Below, piece after piece: positions 50,357 through 60,456 of a stretch of 64,000 bases of DNA; within the stretch, counting starts at the first letter, position 1; each line of letters starts with the position of its first letter. Location: contig CAXXLF010000002.1 of NCBI GenBank assembly GCA_963664015.2, forward strand, positions 1,440,001 through 1,504,000. The letters are read 5' to 3'. The stretch comes from Candidatus Binatia bacterium. GTDB taxonomy: Bacteria; Desulfobacterota; Binatia; UBA9968; CAXXLF01. Below the pieces are notes generated by a model. The model worked only from the letters and a program-made list of their open reading frames with translations. It made no database searches and was not told the origin of the DNA. A program made the position numbers and the translations under genes.

Positions 50357-51403
50357 CTATCCCCTTTGCTGCGCTTCCACCCCCACAACCGTCTCCGCCT
50401 CGGCCAGCCCCGGATAAAACCGCCGGGCATTTTCTCCAAGGAGGTTGCGCTTGTTCTGGTCGGTAAGATCGTCTCGCTCCACCATGGTCTTCGTAGCATT
50501 GGGGAACTCGCCGTCCCAGTGGGGGTAATCCGATGAAAACATCAGAGTCTCGTCGGTCCCCATATACCTGATCACGACAGGCAACATCCACTCCCCCGAC
50601 TCGATCCCGAAGAACATGCGCCCTTCGCGAAAATACTCGGTCGGTTTCTTCGTGAGCAGTGGCGCCTCATGGGGTCTCCTCTTGTACTCCTCATCCATCC
50701 GTTCCGCCATGGAGGGTACCCAACCTGCCAGGCCCTCGAGAAACCCCACCTTCAAGCGCGGGAATTTATCCAGCACCCCGCAGTAGACAACCATCAGGGT
50801 CGAGCATATCTGCTCATGGGTATGACCTATGTGTGCTCCGCTAGATAAGGTGTCGAATCGATCGAGTTCCGATCCCGAGGCATGAAATGCGATGGGCACG
50901 TTGTACTGCTGAGCACAGGCATAGAGCTCGTCGTAACAGGTTTCGCCCACGTGGTGATTGTAAACCGTCGTGTGCGCCATGCCCCCGATAAACCCCAGTT
51001 GGGTCACCGCCCGCTCCAGTTCCCGTGCAGCCTTATCCGGCTCTATCATCGCCAAAGCCGCTACCCCTTTCAATCGTTTGGGATCGTGACGGCAAAAATC
51101 CGCCAGCCAATCGTTGTAGGCACGATGAAGCTCGACGCACAGCTCGCGTTCCTTGATCCTCCACATTCCGAGCGTTCCCGTCCCGTAAAGCGTCATGATA
51201 TCGATCCCCTCGACGTCCATATCCTCAATCTGTATGGCAGGATCTTTGTGGTGCTTGCCGTATTTTCCCCCCTGGCTCCTGTCCACGTTACTGCGGGGCA
51301 AGAGAGGCCGGTTGCGAAGCTGCGGAGCCATATAGGGTTTCAACGCTGCCTCGTCGTCACAGACATGACCGTCCGCATCGATAATAAAATATCCGTTTTT
51401 CAT
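50357..51403 (-). CDS. amidohydrolase_2 family protein
   Basis: IIDADGH, FH, FLEG and SSDYPHWD motifs. Confidence 0.88.
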   Translation of the reverse strand: MKNGYFIIDADGHVCDDEAALKPYMAPQLRNRPLLPRSNVDRSQGGKYGKHHKDPAIQIEDMDVEGIDIMTLYGTGTLGMWRIKERELCVELHRAYNDWLADFCRHDPKRLKGVAALAMIEPDKAARELERAVTQLGFIGGMAHTTVYNHHVGETCYDELYACAQQYNVPIAFHASGSELDRFDTLSSGAHIGHTHEQICSTLMVVYCGVLDKFPRLKVGFLEGLAGWVPSMAERMDEEYKRRPHEAPLLTKKPTEYFREGRMFFGIESGEWMLPVVIRYMGTDETLMFSSDYPHWDGEFPNATKTMVERDDLTDQNKRNLLGENARRFYPGLAEAETVVGVEAQQRG

Positions 51404-51584
51404 AGGAAAACTTTCCTTTCCGAATTCAGAACGCCGGATCTCCCTCGGCTCGAAAGTTTTAGACTCACCGCACCCCCCCCCCCGATCAACCACCCCTATT
51501 ATCTTTAAGCCCCTCCCCTTGTCAATGCCCCCATCCGCCGACTCCCCCCACCCTCTGCCCGCTGCGCTCCGCCGTAAACAAATG

Positions 51585-51715
51585 ATTATCTGCGTTAGCC
51601 GGCGTAAATCTGCGGTTAAAAACTCTTAACCCTCTGATTCTCTTACCTCCGACAACGATTTTTACCTTTTTACTTTTCCCTTTTAACTTGCTTAACTTGC
51701 CATTCGCCCTGCGCC
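51585..51715. repeat. intergenic repeat block R13
   Basis: 51585-51690 is the reverse complement of 62497-62602 (98/106). Confidence 0.88.
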
Positions 51716-51744
51716 TTGACAGCGTAGGGGCACGGTTATAGCCT
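51716..51744 (+). promoter_or_regulatory. sigma70 promoter
   Basis: TTGACA-N17-TAGCCT directly after the repeat block. Confidence 0.6.
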
Positions 51745-51776
51745 CGGCGTTGGGCCCCAAGGATCGGAGGGAATAA

Positions 51777-52841
51777 ATGGGAGAAATGTTAGGAATTGGC
51801 ACCAGCCACTATCCAGGTCCAATAGTTCCCGATAGCTACATGGCTGCATTTTTGCGCCGCACCCTGGAAAGCCCCCGTGTTCCTGATCACCTGAAGAAAG
51901 TGGAGAGCTGGCCGCGTTCCATGCAGTTGGAGTGGGGCAACGACGGGGGGACCCAAGCGGCGGGTCAGCATCGAGAGCGAATCGTCGGTGCGTTTCGAAA
52001 GATTCGCACGGAAATCGAAGCGTTCAAGCCCGATTTCATCCTCATCTGGGGTGATGACCAGTATGAGAATTTTCGTGAAGATATCATACCGCCATTTTGT
52101 GCCTATATATTCGAACAGGCCCAGTACACGCCCCTGGCCGGAATAGATAAGTGGGCCCGTACGACCCAGAATGTATGGGATGAGTCCCCCGACAAGATCT
52201 TTAACGTAAGAGGCCATGTCCCCGGCGGACGATACCTGGTAAGCCGGCTGCTCGAAGAGGATTTTGATCTTCCCTACGCCTACACTCTGCGTTATGCTCG
52301 CGGACTCGCCCATTCCTTCAGCCAAACGCTTCTCTATTTGGACTATGACAGGCAGGGCTTCGACTATTGTTTGGTCCCGTTTCACGTGAACTGCTACGGA
52401 AGCTCGGTCATACGCAGTCGAGGTGGAGGTGCGCCCCTGACATCGGAAGGGAAAGACGGGCCGGATCCCCCGGCCCCATCTCCCAGGAGGTGCTTTGATA
52501 TAGGGAGAGCGGTTGGCCGTGCGCTTAAAGAGAGTCCCTGGCGGGTAGTCCTTATGGCCTCATCCAGTTGGTCTCATGCCTTCCTCACTGAGAAGAACCA
52601 CTGGTTGTATCCGGACATGGAAGCAGATCGGAAGCGGTTTGAGGAGCTGAGAGACGGAGGCCACAGCTCGTGGCGGGGACTCAGTCTTTCACAGATCGAA
52701 GCGTCGGGTCAAAACGAGATATTGAATTGGGTATGCCTGGCAGGGGCAATGACCGAGTTGAACCACCGGATCGAAGTCATCGACTATGTGGAGAGTCACG
52801 TCTTCAACTCCAATAAGTGTTTCACCGTGTCCCGGCCCTAG
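51777..52841 (+). CDS. class III (LigB-type) extradiol ring-cleavage dioxygenase-like protein
   Basis: G.SHYP, PDFILIWGDDQYENF, GLAHSF, ASSSWSH and SGQNEILNW motifs. Confidence 0.8.
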   Translation: MGEMLGIGTSHYPGPIVPDSYMAAFLRRTLESPRVPDHLKKVESWPRSMQLEWGNDGGTQAAGQHRERIVGAFRKIRTEIEAFKPDFILIWGDDQYENFREDIIPPFCAYIFEQAQYTPLAGIDKWARTTQNVWDESPDKIFNVRGHVPGGRYLVSRLLEEDFDLPYAYTLRYARGLAHSFSQTLLYLDYDRQGFDYCLVPFHVNCYGSSVIRSRGGGAPLTSEGKDGPDPPAPSPRRCFDIGRAVGRALKESPWRVVLMASSSWSHAFLTEKNHWLYPDMEADRKRFEELRDGGHSSWRGLSLSQIEASGQNEILNWVCLAGAMTELNHRIEVIDYVESHVFNSNKCFTVSRP

Positions 52842-52859
52842 GCGGTTAGTAGATCTTCT

Positions 52860-52979
52860 CTGAACTTGGCGCCCTTCGCGTCTTTGCGCGAGCTATCTTT
52901 TTCCGTAATTCTACGATTAAGAATTCTAATCGCTTTGCCTTTTGCCTTTTTACTTTTCCCTTTTAACTTGCGCAGCGCT
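52860..52979. repeat. intergenic repeat block R14
   Basis: Near-copy of 14409-14590 lacking the 64-nt insert. Confidence 0.88.
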
Positions 52980-53537
52980 ATACGCTACGCTGCTATCATC
53001 GCCATAAGCCTGCTTGCATTATTATGGGTCGCACCCCCTGCTGGGGCGAGCCAGACTGACGAGCGACTGGATACCATTTTCGATCGCATTAAGACCACCG
53101 ACAACAACGCTGAAGGCGCAGCCCTCGCCGAGTTGATCTGGGAGATTTGGCTCCAGTCCGACAATGACATCGTCAACGATCTCATGTCCAAGGGCATCGA
53201 GGAGATGTCAGTCCGGAATTACAAGGCAGCCTTGACTGCCTTCAACAAAATGGGGGAGATTGACCCTGAATTCGCCGAAGGCTGGAACAAGCGGGCGACA
53301 GTGTATTATTTGATGGAAAATTACAGAGCCTCAATGCGCGATATCGAACGGACTCTAACCCTTGAGCCACGCCATTTTGGGGCGCTCTCGGGTCTGGGTT
53401 TGATCTTTTTGGCCATCGGTAACGATGGGGCTGCACTTAAGGCCTTCGAAGCGGCCCTTGAGGTCAACCCACACATGCCTGGCCCGCGAGCGTACGTAGA
53501 GGAACTGCGCCAACGCTTTCGCAAAAAATCGTTCTGA
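52968..53537 (+). CDS. secreted TPR protein, start codon uncertain
   Basis: Signal-peptide-like IRYAAIIAISLLALLW..AGA; PEFAEGWNKRATV and PRHFGALSGLG motifs; no ATG/RBS before the signal peptide. Confidence 0.7.
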   Translation: MRSAIRYAAIIAISLLALLWVAPPAGASQTDERLDTIFDRIKTTDNNAEGAALAELIWEIWLQSDNDIVNDLMSKGIEEMSVRNYKAALTAFNKMGEIDPEFAEGWNKRATVYYLMENYRASMRDIERTLTLEPRHFGALSGLGLIFLAIGNDGAALKAFEAALEVNPHMPGPRAYVEELRQRFRKKSF

Positions 53538-53613
53538 GAAGAATATAATTTGTTTTGCAGGAAAGGAGTGAACAAGGACGCGGGAGCAAAAAGAGCTGCG
53601 TCCCCTTTTATTC

Positions 53614-54840
53614 ATGCTAACGAAATCCGAAAACTACCTCCTGACCCAAACCGGTCCCGGCACGCCCATGGGAAAGGTGATGCGGCGTTCCTGGCAGCCC
53701 ATTGCTAAGACCGACGAGCTCGCGGCAGGCGCAGCGCCCAAGACCTTCAAGGTTTTGGGGGAGGACCTCGTCCTCTTCCGCGACGACCGCGGACGTCCGG
53801 GTCTTCTGGGCCTCCACTGCTCTCATCGCCGGACGGACTTGAGCTACGGGAGAGTCGAAGACGGGGGGCTTCGCTGCATCTATCATGGCTGGCTCTACGA
53901 CGTTCACGGCCGCTGCTTGGACCAGCCCGGGGAGACAGAGGGAGGGACGAACCGTGAGTCCTTCCGCCATCCCGCCTACCCATGCGTGGAAGCCGCCGGT
54001 CTTATCTTCGGCTACCTCGGACCGGGCGATCCGCCCCTCCTCCCCGCCTATGAGTCGCTTTCTGCTTCCCGGAACCATATCGGGATCAGGAAATACTATC
54101 AGGAGTGTAACTACCTCCAGGGGAACGAAGGCAACATCGACCCGGTTCACCCCTCGTTCCTCCACCGCCAGTTTGATGGGAACGAGGGATCCGACCAGAG
54201 GCAGGGCTCGGGCGTCCGCGGCTCGGACGCAACCCCCGACGTTCTTTACGCTCGGGACACGGCACCGACCCTCGAGACCGAGCTCGCCGATTTCGGCGTC
54301 CGAATCTATACCATCCGGAAAGCCGGTCCGGATCAGATTTACCTTCGCGTCACCAATTTCATCCTGCCCAACCTTTGCGCCGTCCCCGGGGAGACCGGAG
54401 GAGACGGGTACAACATGAATTGGCATGTGCCCATCGACGACACTCACCATTGGAAATATATACTGACCTACCGACGGAGCGGGCCCGTGGACCAGGATGT
54501 TTTTACCAAGCTAAGTGCCGCGCAGATCACGGGCGATTTCCGCCTTAAAAAAAATCTCGCCAACCGTTACCTTCAGGATCGGGAGGAAATGAAGACAAAG
54601 ACCTTTAGCGGCATGGGACCCGTCTTTCCCGTACACGACGCCTACGCGACGGAAAGCCAGGGCCCAATCCAGGATCGCACGGAGGAGCACCTCGTCTCCT
54701 CGGATCAGGCCATCATCGCCTCGCGAAAGCTCTTACTCAAAGCGGCCGCCGATCTTGGGGAGGGAAGGGAGCCGGAGCATGTCCTCCGGGAATTGGATAT
54801 TGTTCTCCTTAAACGAATGAGGGGTGGTCCGTTTGCCTGA
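53614..54840 (+). CDS. Rieske non-heme iron oxygenase alpha subunit (phthalate 4,5-dioxygenase/LigXa-like)
   Basis: CSH...CIYH Rieske ligands, EGNIDPVH...LH iron site, D..ATESQGPI. Confidence 0.9.
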   Translation: MLTKSENYLLTQTGPGTPMGKVMRRSWQPIAKTDELAAGAAPKTFKVLGEDLVLFRDDRGRPGLLGLHCSHRRTDLSYGRVEDGGLRCIYHGWLYDVHGRCLDQPGETEGGTNRESFRHPAYPCVEAAGLIFGYLGPGDPPLLPAYESLSASRNHIGIRKYYQECNYLQGNEGNIDPVHPSFLHRQFDGNEGSDQRQGSGVRGSDATPDVLYARDTAPTLETELADFGVRIYTIRKAGPDQIYLRVTNFILPNLCAVPGETGGDGYNMNWHVPIDDTHHWKYILTYRRSGPVDQDVFTKLSAAQITGDFRLKKNLANRYLQDREEMKTKTFSGMGPVFPVHDAYATESQGPIQDRTEEHLVSSDQAIIASRKLLLKAAADLGEGREPEHVLRELDIVLLKRMRGGPFA

Positions 54841-54916
54841 CGGCAACCGCCTGGCCACCCCTCAAAAGCAACGTCCTGAAAATTTAAACGCTATTTCTTT
54901 TTACCAGCCGCTTTAG

Positions 54917-56025
54917 CTACGTCGGCTCTCCCTTTAGTGACGAGCTTCTTAAGCCCGCGCCCATCCCTGTATTGGGGTAGGCTGGCAACCAAATACCCCC
55001 CCCGGGGTTGGCGACAGGGCACTGATCGCTGATCATATCCTTGGGAATATCCATGCGCATGGAGTTGTGTTCCGAATTATTCTGCCATGCCAGTTGACCG
55101 TCTTTGGATATCATCCAGTTTGCGAAGACCTTCGCCGCGTTGGGATGGGGGCGCCGGTTCATCACCGCGACGTACTCCCCTCCCCCCCGGAGAGATGCCC
55201 CTCGGTCTTGGGTGCACGATAGACGTCAACGGGCAAACGCTGTTTTTTGGCAGTCTGAACCTCCGCGTTCCTGGCTCCAATGTATAGCTCATAGCTACCC
55301 TTGGCGATCCAGTCGATCATCAGCCTGATGTCTCTCCCAACAGTAACGTCCATCTCCCTGAACAATCGCTGGATGAATTCCGGGCCAAGGCTCTTGTTGT
55401 AGTAGATGCCCTTCCACGTCCCCAACTGGCCTCGGCTCATGGGATCAAAGACCACCATCTTACCGCGCCGCTTGGGATTGAGAAGGTCTTTGATGGTCTT
55501 AAGCTCACCGGGCTTGTGCCTCTTGGTGTTATAGAGTGCGATCGTGGAGGTAACGGTCCATTCCATATTAAACAGGGGGGGGGTTGGATCCGCGTACAGG
55601 TGTTTTTTACCGAACCAGACCGACTGGTCCCTGTTCTCCGGTAAGATCAACACCGGTGGAAACGGATCAAAGAAACCCTTCCCGGCCAGGATGCCACCCG
55701 TTCCGGAACCGTTAATAAAAATATCCGCGATGAATTTTCCCGCGCGGGGTTCGGCACCGAGCCGGTTGGCGTGTTGGCCCCCGGTACCCACGACAGAGAC
55801 CATCTTGATCTTGGGATACACGCGTTTAAATGATTCGATGGCGTTGATGTACTCGGTCCCCGGCGGTCCATAGACCTTGACGTTTTCCTCTTACCGTGCC
55901 GCGGCCAGGGTTTTTTCCCAGTCGGCCTTCCAGTCCGCTTGTACCGGCCTATTAAACGACAGCAACAAGGGACTTAAAAGAGTGCAGAATATGAGTTAAC
56001 ATTTCAGACGATTAAGCATTTTCAT
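54917..56025 (-). pseudogene. extracellular solute-binding protein pseudogene
   Basis: GGAGG+ATG, two in-frame TAA codons near the 5' end, frameshift near 55170; PHPNAAKVFANW motif; paralog of 63630. Confidence 0.8.
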
Positions 56026-56445
56026 TACCTCCTCAGATTACAGGATCATTATTGAGGACCGGCGTAGCCTATTGAGAATGAGGGACACTGTCAAATCCCA
56101 AAATACCGACCAGATTGGGGGTCAGGTCATGCAATACGACAATATAGAGATATCTCCCACCGCAACGGGGCCAGGCTGAGCTGACCCAATTGACGATTAT
56201 GCGAACTAGGTACTGATCTAGTACATCGGGTTGACATAACATCCCGTTATCGAATACTCTGCCCCCCATAAATAGAGGTCTGAAGCTGGTCGCCCTTTCT
56301 GGCTCTTAAAAGCAATGTTGGCAGGCGATGGTAGGGGGGAGTTCTTGAGTTCTCAGTAGGCGGCCCTTTAAAGCGAGTTTCTATCATTTCAAATCCGGAT
56401 GCATGAGTCCGCGAGGATGCACTGCAGACGCTGAGAGGGGGAATC

Positions 56446-57507
56446 ATGCTAAACATGATTGAACAGGTGAGTTCCGACACGCAGATGAAAGATTTCGAGG
56501 CTCACGTGACGGCGCTCGAGGCGGACTTGGAGTACTGGAGGGCGAAACGCTGCGAGCCGCATGTGCTGCACTTCGTGCGGCGCAACTTCTTACCGCTGCA
56601 CGCGCTGTTCGCGACGGCCGCGAGAATGGGGACCGATGGAGCGGGTAAGCCCATCTTCATCCGATCTGACGGGAAAACCGGCGAAGAGGAGCACAACCAT
56701 GAACACGACCACAAGCACGAGGAGCTCGAGGAGCGCATCCGAAGCCTAGAGGATCGGCTGGACGACTACGTGCGGGCTATCGCGCTCTCAGCCACGGACC
56801 CAGGCAAAGTGGACTTCGTGATCGACGACTCGCGCAAAGAGAGCGGGGCCTACGACCCCTTCTTCAAGCTCACCAAGCGCGCGCACGGGGGCTCCTTGGA
56901 GGAGCGGATTGCACAGCTCGACCGAGAGCTCAAGCAGAACATGCAGGTGCTGGAGACGTTCACCCGCTGCCTGATGGAGAACGGGCTGCTCACCGAGGAG
57001 ACGATAGCGAAGCGGCGCGCCCAGCAGGAGAACAACGGGGCCAAGAACGGCGCGAGGGTCGTGGCGCGGGCGTGGGTTGATCCGGATTTCAAAGAGAGGC
57101 TGATAGCTAACGGTCGGGAGGCGATGCGGGAGCTGGACATCCCGCCGGGCCTGCTGGCGAAGCTGGGGGTAGCGGAGAACACCGACTCGGTGCACAACGT
57201 GGTGGTGTGCACGCTCTGCTCCTGCTACCCGCGCGCCCTGGCCGGTGACCCGCCTTGGTGGTACCGGCACGACAGCTACAAGCAGCAGATCGTGCAGGAC
57301 CCGAGAGGATTGCTGGGGAAGATGTTCGGGCTAAAGGTTCCGGAGGAGGTGACGATCCAGGTGCACGACAGCACGGCGGATCTGCGTTGGATAGTTCTGC
57401 CGCAGCGTCCGGCCGGGACAGAGGGGTGGAGTGAGGAGGAACTGGCGGAGCTGGTAACCATTGAGAGTATGGTCGGGGTGAGTAAGCCGGTCATAAGACG
57501 TGAGTAA
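56446..57507 (+). CDS. Co-type nitrile hydratase alpha / thiocyanate hydrolase gamma-like subunit with long N-terminal extension
   Basis: GARVVARAWVDP.FK, HNVVVCTLCSCYP (57208-25), DST..R.IVLP.RP.GTEGWSEE motifs. Confidence 0.88.
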   Translation: MLNMIEQVSSDTQMKDFEAHVTALEADLEYWRAKRCEPHVLHFVRRNFLPLHALFATAARMGTDGAGKPIFIRSDGKTGEEEHNHEHDHKHEELEERIRSLEDRLDDYVRAIALSATDPGKVDFVIDDSRKESGAYDPFFKLTKRAHGGSLEERIAQLDRELKQNMQVLETFTRCLMENGLLTEETIAKRRAQQENNGAKNGARVVARAWVDPDFKERLIANGREAMRELDIPPGLLAKLGVAENTDSVHNVVVCTLCSCYPRALAGDPPWWYRHDSYKQQIVQDPRGLLGKMFGLKVPEEVTIQVHDSTADLRWIVLPQRPAGTEGWSEEELAELVTIESMVGVSKPVIRRE

Positions 57508-57829
57508 GCGAATGAGTAGCGAGCCCAAGAACACACCCTGGTCGGGGCCGGGCGCGAGGAAGGAGGGTCTGGAACACCGGTTCAAGGCGGGCGAGCGAGT
57601 GCGAGTGCGGATGAGCAGCACGGGGGCCAACCCGCGCACGCCCACATATTTACTTGGCAAGACGGGCATGATAGCGGAGCTCCACGGGGCGACGTACGCT
57701 CCGCACGATCACCGAGGGGTCTACCCCTACCTGTACACAGTGGCGTTCGACGTGAGCGAGATCAGCGGCAAGGCGTCGAAGGACAAGATCCTGGTGGACC
57801 TGACCGAGGAGTGGCTGGAGCCGGTGTAA
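57500..57829 (+). CDS. stand-alone NHase beta C-terminal SH3-like domain (thiocyanate hydrolase alpha-like)
   Basis: RFKAGERVRV, RTPTYLLGKTG.I, YLYTVAF and VDL.EEWLEP motifs. Confidence 0.85.
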   Translation: MSKRMSSEPKNTPWSGPGARKEGLEHRFKAGERVRVRMSSTGANPRTPTYLLGKTGMIAELHGATYAPHDHRGVYPYLYTVAFDVSEISGKASKDKILVDLTEEWLEPV

Positions 57830-57904
57830 GCCGCACTGCCTACCGCTTGTGAAGTGAAGGGGTCTGAAGGGGTCAAGTCTTTTGTTGACAAATAGGCTCA
57901 CGGA

Positions 57905-58160
57905 ATGAGCTGTCAGCTATCAGCTAAAAAGAAAGCAAAGAGCAGAGGGTTAAGAATACTTAACCGCAGATTTTCGCAGATTAACGCAGAAAAAGATTCA
58001 CCGCAGAGCCGTCCCTCGAGGCTGCTCGGGACCCTGAGCCTGTCGAAGGGCAGAGAGCGCAGAGAACTCATATTTTGTTTGTCGAGAGACGGCGACAAAC
58101 AAAAGCATCTCCATTGCGGACAATAGCCTGACTTAATACCCGAGAACTCTCAACTGAGCG
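57905..58160. repeat. intergenic mosaic repeat block R15
   Basis: ACCGCAGATTTTCGCAGATTAACGCAGA, embedded REP-like unit 58012-58050, perfect 12-bp hairpin 58073-58104; modules shared with 62550-62680. Confidence 0.85.
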
Positions 58161-58182
58161 TATCGATCACCCAGACCTGGCT

Positions 58183-58800
58183 CTAAAAGGGGCCCCATGC
58201 CCGCTGGACGGCGGGGCGCGCGGCGATGGCATCGTGCCAGCGCCTCAGGTTCGGCCAGTCGTCGAGACCGACGCCGTATGAATCGTGCAGGTGCACGTCG
58301 GGGTAGCAGGAGATATCAGCGACGGAATATTCGCCTGCTAGATACGCATTGCCGGCTAACCGCTTGTCGAGAATGCCGCACATGTCGCGATACTGATCTG
58401 CGTAATGTTTCTTGGCCGGTGGTACGTCTTCGCCGAAGCGGTTCATAAACAGGCCTAGTTGCTGAGCGTGGGAGGTGAAGGTCGCGGACCCGTAGAACAG
58501 CCATTGATCGACGATGACCCGCCGCACCAGATCTTTGGGGTAAAGTTCACTGCCCGATTTTTCCGCCAGGTATTTGAGGATGGCGCCGGATTCACAAAGC
58601 GTCACCCGCATTCCACCCGGACCGTTGTCGTCCACCAGCGCAGGAATTTTGTGGCCCGGACTGATTTTCATAAACTCCAGCGAAAACTGCTCGCGCTTGC
58701 GGATTTCCACTGGTTTGAGCCTGTGCTCGAGTCCGATTTCCTCGATCGCCTGGCGCGCCTTGTAACCGTTGTCAGTTTTCCATAAATAGAGATCAATCAT
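58183..58800 (-). CDS. glutathione S-transferase (YfcG/Nu-class-like)
   Basis: T.NGYK, KISP..KIPALVD, ESGAIL.YLA and YS.ADI motifs. Confidence 0.9.
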   Translation of the reverse strand: MIDLYLWKTDNGYKARQAIEEIGLEHRLKPVEIRKREQFSLEFMKISPGHKIPALVDDNGPGGMRVTLCESGAILKYLAEKSGSELYPKDLVRRVIVDQWLFYGSATFTSHAQQLGLFMNRFGEDVPPAKKHYADQYRDMCGILDKRLAGNAYLAGEYSVADISCYPDVHLHDSYGVGLDDWPNLRRWHDAIAARPAVQRAWGPF

Positions 58801-58899
58801 CACTGCCTCCCGGTTATGGTTCCGTTTAAATAATGGAATTCGCGTTTGAATGTTAGCAGCGGACAATATCCGATGACGGGGTAGGATGTCAATTGAAGG

Positions 58900-59165
58900 G
58901 GGCAAGGGGAAAGTAAAAAGGGTGGCAAGGCAGAGAGAGCGACAGGGACAGAGAGCAGAGGTCGGAGATCAGAGGTCAGAAACCAGGGGAGAAGGCAAAA
59001 CGAGATTGGCTATCAGCCGTCAGCATTCAGCTATCAGGAGAATACCAGGGACAACGGACTACTGACCACAAGACGACGGACAGACGGAGAGAGACAGACA
59101 AAAGCAAAGCGGTAAGCGTGCTGAGTAATGAGTGCTTGGAAAAGTGTCAAGCGTTAAGCGAATTC
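58900..59165. repeat. intergenic repeat block R16 (purine-rich half)
   Basis: CAGAGGT-CGGAGAT-CAGAGGT (58956-76), GCTATCA and GACTACT modules. Confidence 0.82.
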
Positions 59166-59209
59166 GGAAGGTTCTAAAAAGCGAGGAGTAACAATGAGGG
59201 GACGTGAAA

Positions 59210-59239
59210 TTGACAAGGCAGTCCTAACCCGCATAAGAT
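59210..59239 (+). promoter_or_regulatory. sigma70 promoter
   Basis: TTGACA-N18-TAAGAT. Confidence 0.5.
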
Positions 59240-59346
59240 AACTCCGGTTTCAGGGGCAGACGTAGTACGTTTGCGAATCAGCTGGTATCTAGCACCGTGA
59301 CAAGGTAACAGGACGCCGGTGGGTTTTGTTTTTTATGGAGGGAAAC

Positions 59347-60456
59347 GTGGCAACCGTTCAGTCCGAAACACCATCAAGAGGCCGGCAACTTCCTTATGAT
59401 GCCTGGGTACACACCCTTGGAATCCCTATCTACGGGGGGCACTCCGTAGAGGCTTCCCTTACCTTGGAGCTTGGATGGTGGGAGTCACGTGGGTGAAATG
59501 CGGCCATCATCAGCCTCGCGGGACAGAAGGGGGTGAGCGAGGCACGGATCACTGAGGTTCCGCCAGCCGGGACGCTGCCCGCACAGAGGTACGCCTTTGC
59601 GGAGGTGGTGTACGTGCTGAACGGACACGGGATGACGACCGTGTGGGACGACCACGGCGGTCGGAGGACTTTCGAGTGGCAGCCACGGAGCCTCTTCTGC
59701 CTTCCCCGCCACTGTCACCACCAAATAGCGAATGCGAGAGGCGACCGCTCCGCACGACTTCTGAATTACAACTACTTGCCGATGGCCATGTCGGCTATTC
59801 CGGAGCCTGAATTCTTCTTCGACAACCCTTTTGCAGTGGCGAGCCCCTTAGTCGACCTGGAAGAATCCTTCTCCGAGGCGAAAGTGCTTGTGGACCCGGA
59901 CGAGGAAGGGGGCCGCTGGCGTGGCGACAGGGCGGTCTGGATCGGCAATTTCTTTCCGGACATGCAGACCTGGAACAAGCTCATCCCCTTCCACGGGCGC
60001 GGCGCTGGAGGCCGAGTGGTTTGTATTCAGTTTCCACGTGCGGGAATGGGAGCCCACATGTCCGTGTTCAATTCCCAAAAGTACAAGAATGGTCACAAGC
60101 ACGGTCCTGGCCGGGTCATCGTCATTCCTAAAGGGGAGGGGTCCTCCGTCCTGTGGCCAGAAGGCGGCGAGAAGATCGTCTGTCCTTGGAATGAGGCCAC
60201 GATTTTTGTCCCTCCAGAAAACTGGCACCACCAGCACTTCAACGTGGGCAGCGGGGAAGCGCGCTACCTGGCTCTTAGCCTGGCGCCCCAATTCCGAGGA
60301 ACCAACTATCGACATTAGTTCGAGTATCCAGACGAGGATCCCTGGATCCGCGCGAAGTTTTCGTCCGAACTGGTCAAACACGGGCTCAAGAGTCTCATGC
60401 CCGACAAATGTTATGAAGACAGGGATTTCGAGTGGGATTACGGTGACGATGACTAA
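59347..60456 (+). pseudogene. bicupin protein with two in-frame stops
   Basis: GGAGG+GTG; one frame with TGA at 59494 and TAG at 60316; cupin motifs EVVYVL.G.G, HKHGPG and WHHQHFN. Confidence 0.8.

Noticed and set aside
59240-59335. Riboswitch in cupin leader
   Set aside because: Only one hairpin (GCAGACGT/ACGTTTGC); no recognisable aptamer consensus
59494-59496. Selenocysteine or alternative genetic code
   Set aside because: The same gene has an in-frame TAG, other pseudogenes have TAA, many intact genes end in TGA, and no clear SECIS was seen
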